NCBI RefSeq assembly: GCF_052425735.1 | Contig: NC_135763.1 | Span: forward strand, 17,502,298 to 17,566,297 | DNA from: Oculina patagonica | Lineage: Eukaryota | Length of the DNA stretch: 64,000 nucleotides | Direction of reading: 5' to 3' | Part shown: positions 62,486-64,000 of the stretch, one piece after another | Layout of the letters: the number at the start of each line of letters is the position of its first letter | How positions within the stretch are numbered: position 1 is the stretch's first letter | Position numbers and translations under genes: made by a program | The notes under the pieces: generated by a model | The model's input: only the letters and a program-made list of their open reading frames with translations | What the model was told of the DNA's origin: nothing | The model's database searches: none

Positions 62486-64000
62486 TATCCCCAGCTATAT
62501 ATTTTTGGAAAATCTCCCCAAGGAAAACTCAAAACTTTGATGCGCGGTTAACATTCCAACGCTGAATGTTTCAATCCTACAAGTCGGTTAATTTCTGCAC
62601 TAATTCATTCCCCCACCCCACTCCCCGCCAAAATCACCCCATCCCCTTCTTTTGGCATTACCGGATTTGCGATCAATATAAGCGACCATCAGCCCAGAAC
62701 AGGGATTTACAATCAAATTGACCAACCTTAAAGCGAAAACAAGCTTGAAATTAGAAAGCCTACCTTATATTTTCTGCTGTTTTCGGTACAACATCTGCAA
62801 ATAACTCCATTTTCATCCTTCCGACCTCCTAAACATGCAGAGAACCAACGATTAGATGCATATAACAGGCTTCAGTTGTACAAAAATCACATCAGACTAA
62901 GAAAACTTGTTCTTACCTGCCCTCCTATGGATATATCGAAGAATACAACAGGATTTGACGAGTTGGAAAGACTCGTGGCGCTTGAAGCTTCCGCCATCTT
63001 TGAAATCAATCGAAGGACTAGTTCCAGTCCTTCGCAACAGTCATCGGTTCCACTTTTCACCAGGGTAGGGTAAGACAACTTTAATACCGCGATAATACTG
63101 AAAAATCAATCCACTAGTCTCTTTTTTCGAAAATTGTGATTATTACTGTATAAATCTTTCTACAAATATTAAAAATACTAAAATTATTATGGAATATGGA
63201 AAGGGACGAGCAAAATTTGAAAACAGCGAGGAAAGAATATTCTTCTAACGAGGGAGGGGTAGGGCAGCGCGACGACCAGAAACACGTGTTGAACGCAAAC
63301 AGTGCATCGGTGGACAATTTGTCGTAAAAAAGTCGTGTTTTATTTAACAAAATCAAGCTTAAACACACTAGGTAAGTAAAAAGCTTTTTCAGTAATGCAA
63401 ATTGATATTGTCAGCCGTTTATATCTAGTTTCTCAGCGTTTTGTGGTAGTTTTTTGAGGTCATTACTATAAATTTGTCATTTCCGGACATGTAAATCTCT
63501 GGACCGTGAACAAAATATTCACATGAAAACCTTTAATTTACTTCTGTTAAGCTCATTGTTCAGCATTTCAACCCTAATGTGTTGCTTAAATACAAAACCT
63601 TGGCCGTGATTTATGTTAATTTTGTCACTATTAAGCCGAATGAGTTTTATTCAGGTCATAATTACTGAAAATTCTATTGGAGATATTGAGCCTAAAAATA
63701 ATATGAAAGCTCTAATGATCTGACAAAATGTTTCTCAGCTCATCAACGTCTTGATATTCCAGACAAATCAGACAGTGCGTCTTTCAGACAGGTACAATAC
63801 AAAACTGCCTCCTTTATAATTAAGTTAATTAGTGTCAGTTCGAGTTGCTGTCAGATTCAATATACAGTTAACTGTACGTCTGGTGAGACTGATTTCACTC
63901 ACTGCTTCACTACTGTATGCTGTGTGTGTCAAGTGCTCACAGATCTTCAGTGAAGGTTATTTTGTGTAAGCGGGCAAATTTATATTAAGGTATGGATTGC

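Noticed and set aside
1-64000. Search for a prokaryotic defence system, operon, CRISPR array or phage island
   Set aside because: The sequence is eukaryotic. It has spliceosomal introns with AG/GT boundaries and polypyrimidine tracts, plus MITEs, SINE-like repeats and microsatellites. There are no dense co-directional long ORFs, no RBS-spaced gene starts, and no direct-repeat/spacer arrays. The only prokaryote-flavoured element is the HEPN fold inside a normal spliced animal gene.

Overview
This window reads as eukaryotic (metazoan, probably marine-invertebrate) nuclear DNA, not a prokaryotic locus. The reasons: roughly 37-40% GC, no operon-like packing, and nearly every track ORF is short, overlaps its antisense partner or runs through homopolymer or microsatellite sequence. 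What real coding signal exists is split into short exons with canonical AG|...|GT boundaries and consistent phases. Poly-C/G tracts, microsatellites, MITEs, foldbacks and SINE-like copies are dense throughout. Supported content: (1) a DZIP3-type HEPN-domain gene on the minus strand (main exon 9896..10549); (2) two paralogous multi-exon genes of unknown family on the minus strand, about 35 kb apart (gene A about 1059..6486, gene B about 36346..38925), with homologous exons, identical exon sizes and identical phases; (3) an unidentified plus-strand gene of at least 4 exons (46215..48405); (4) at least seven non-autonomous DNA transposons (MITEs) with defined TIRs, several with target-site duplications, one of which (13136..14043) has an 11-bp TSD and a paralogous empty site in the same window; (5) two interspersed repeat families (about 420 bp with an internal poly-C tract, 3 copies; a second tRNA/SINE-like family, 3 copies), tRNA-derived pseudogene fragments, a 120-bp minisatellite, and a degenerate 3.0-3.4 kb tandem segmental array at about 8.0-16.8 kb. 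No CRISPR array, rRNA or bona fide tRNA was found. Gene-product identities are limited by having no search tools; coordinates of splice boundaries were derived by hand and may be off by 1-2 nt.
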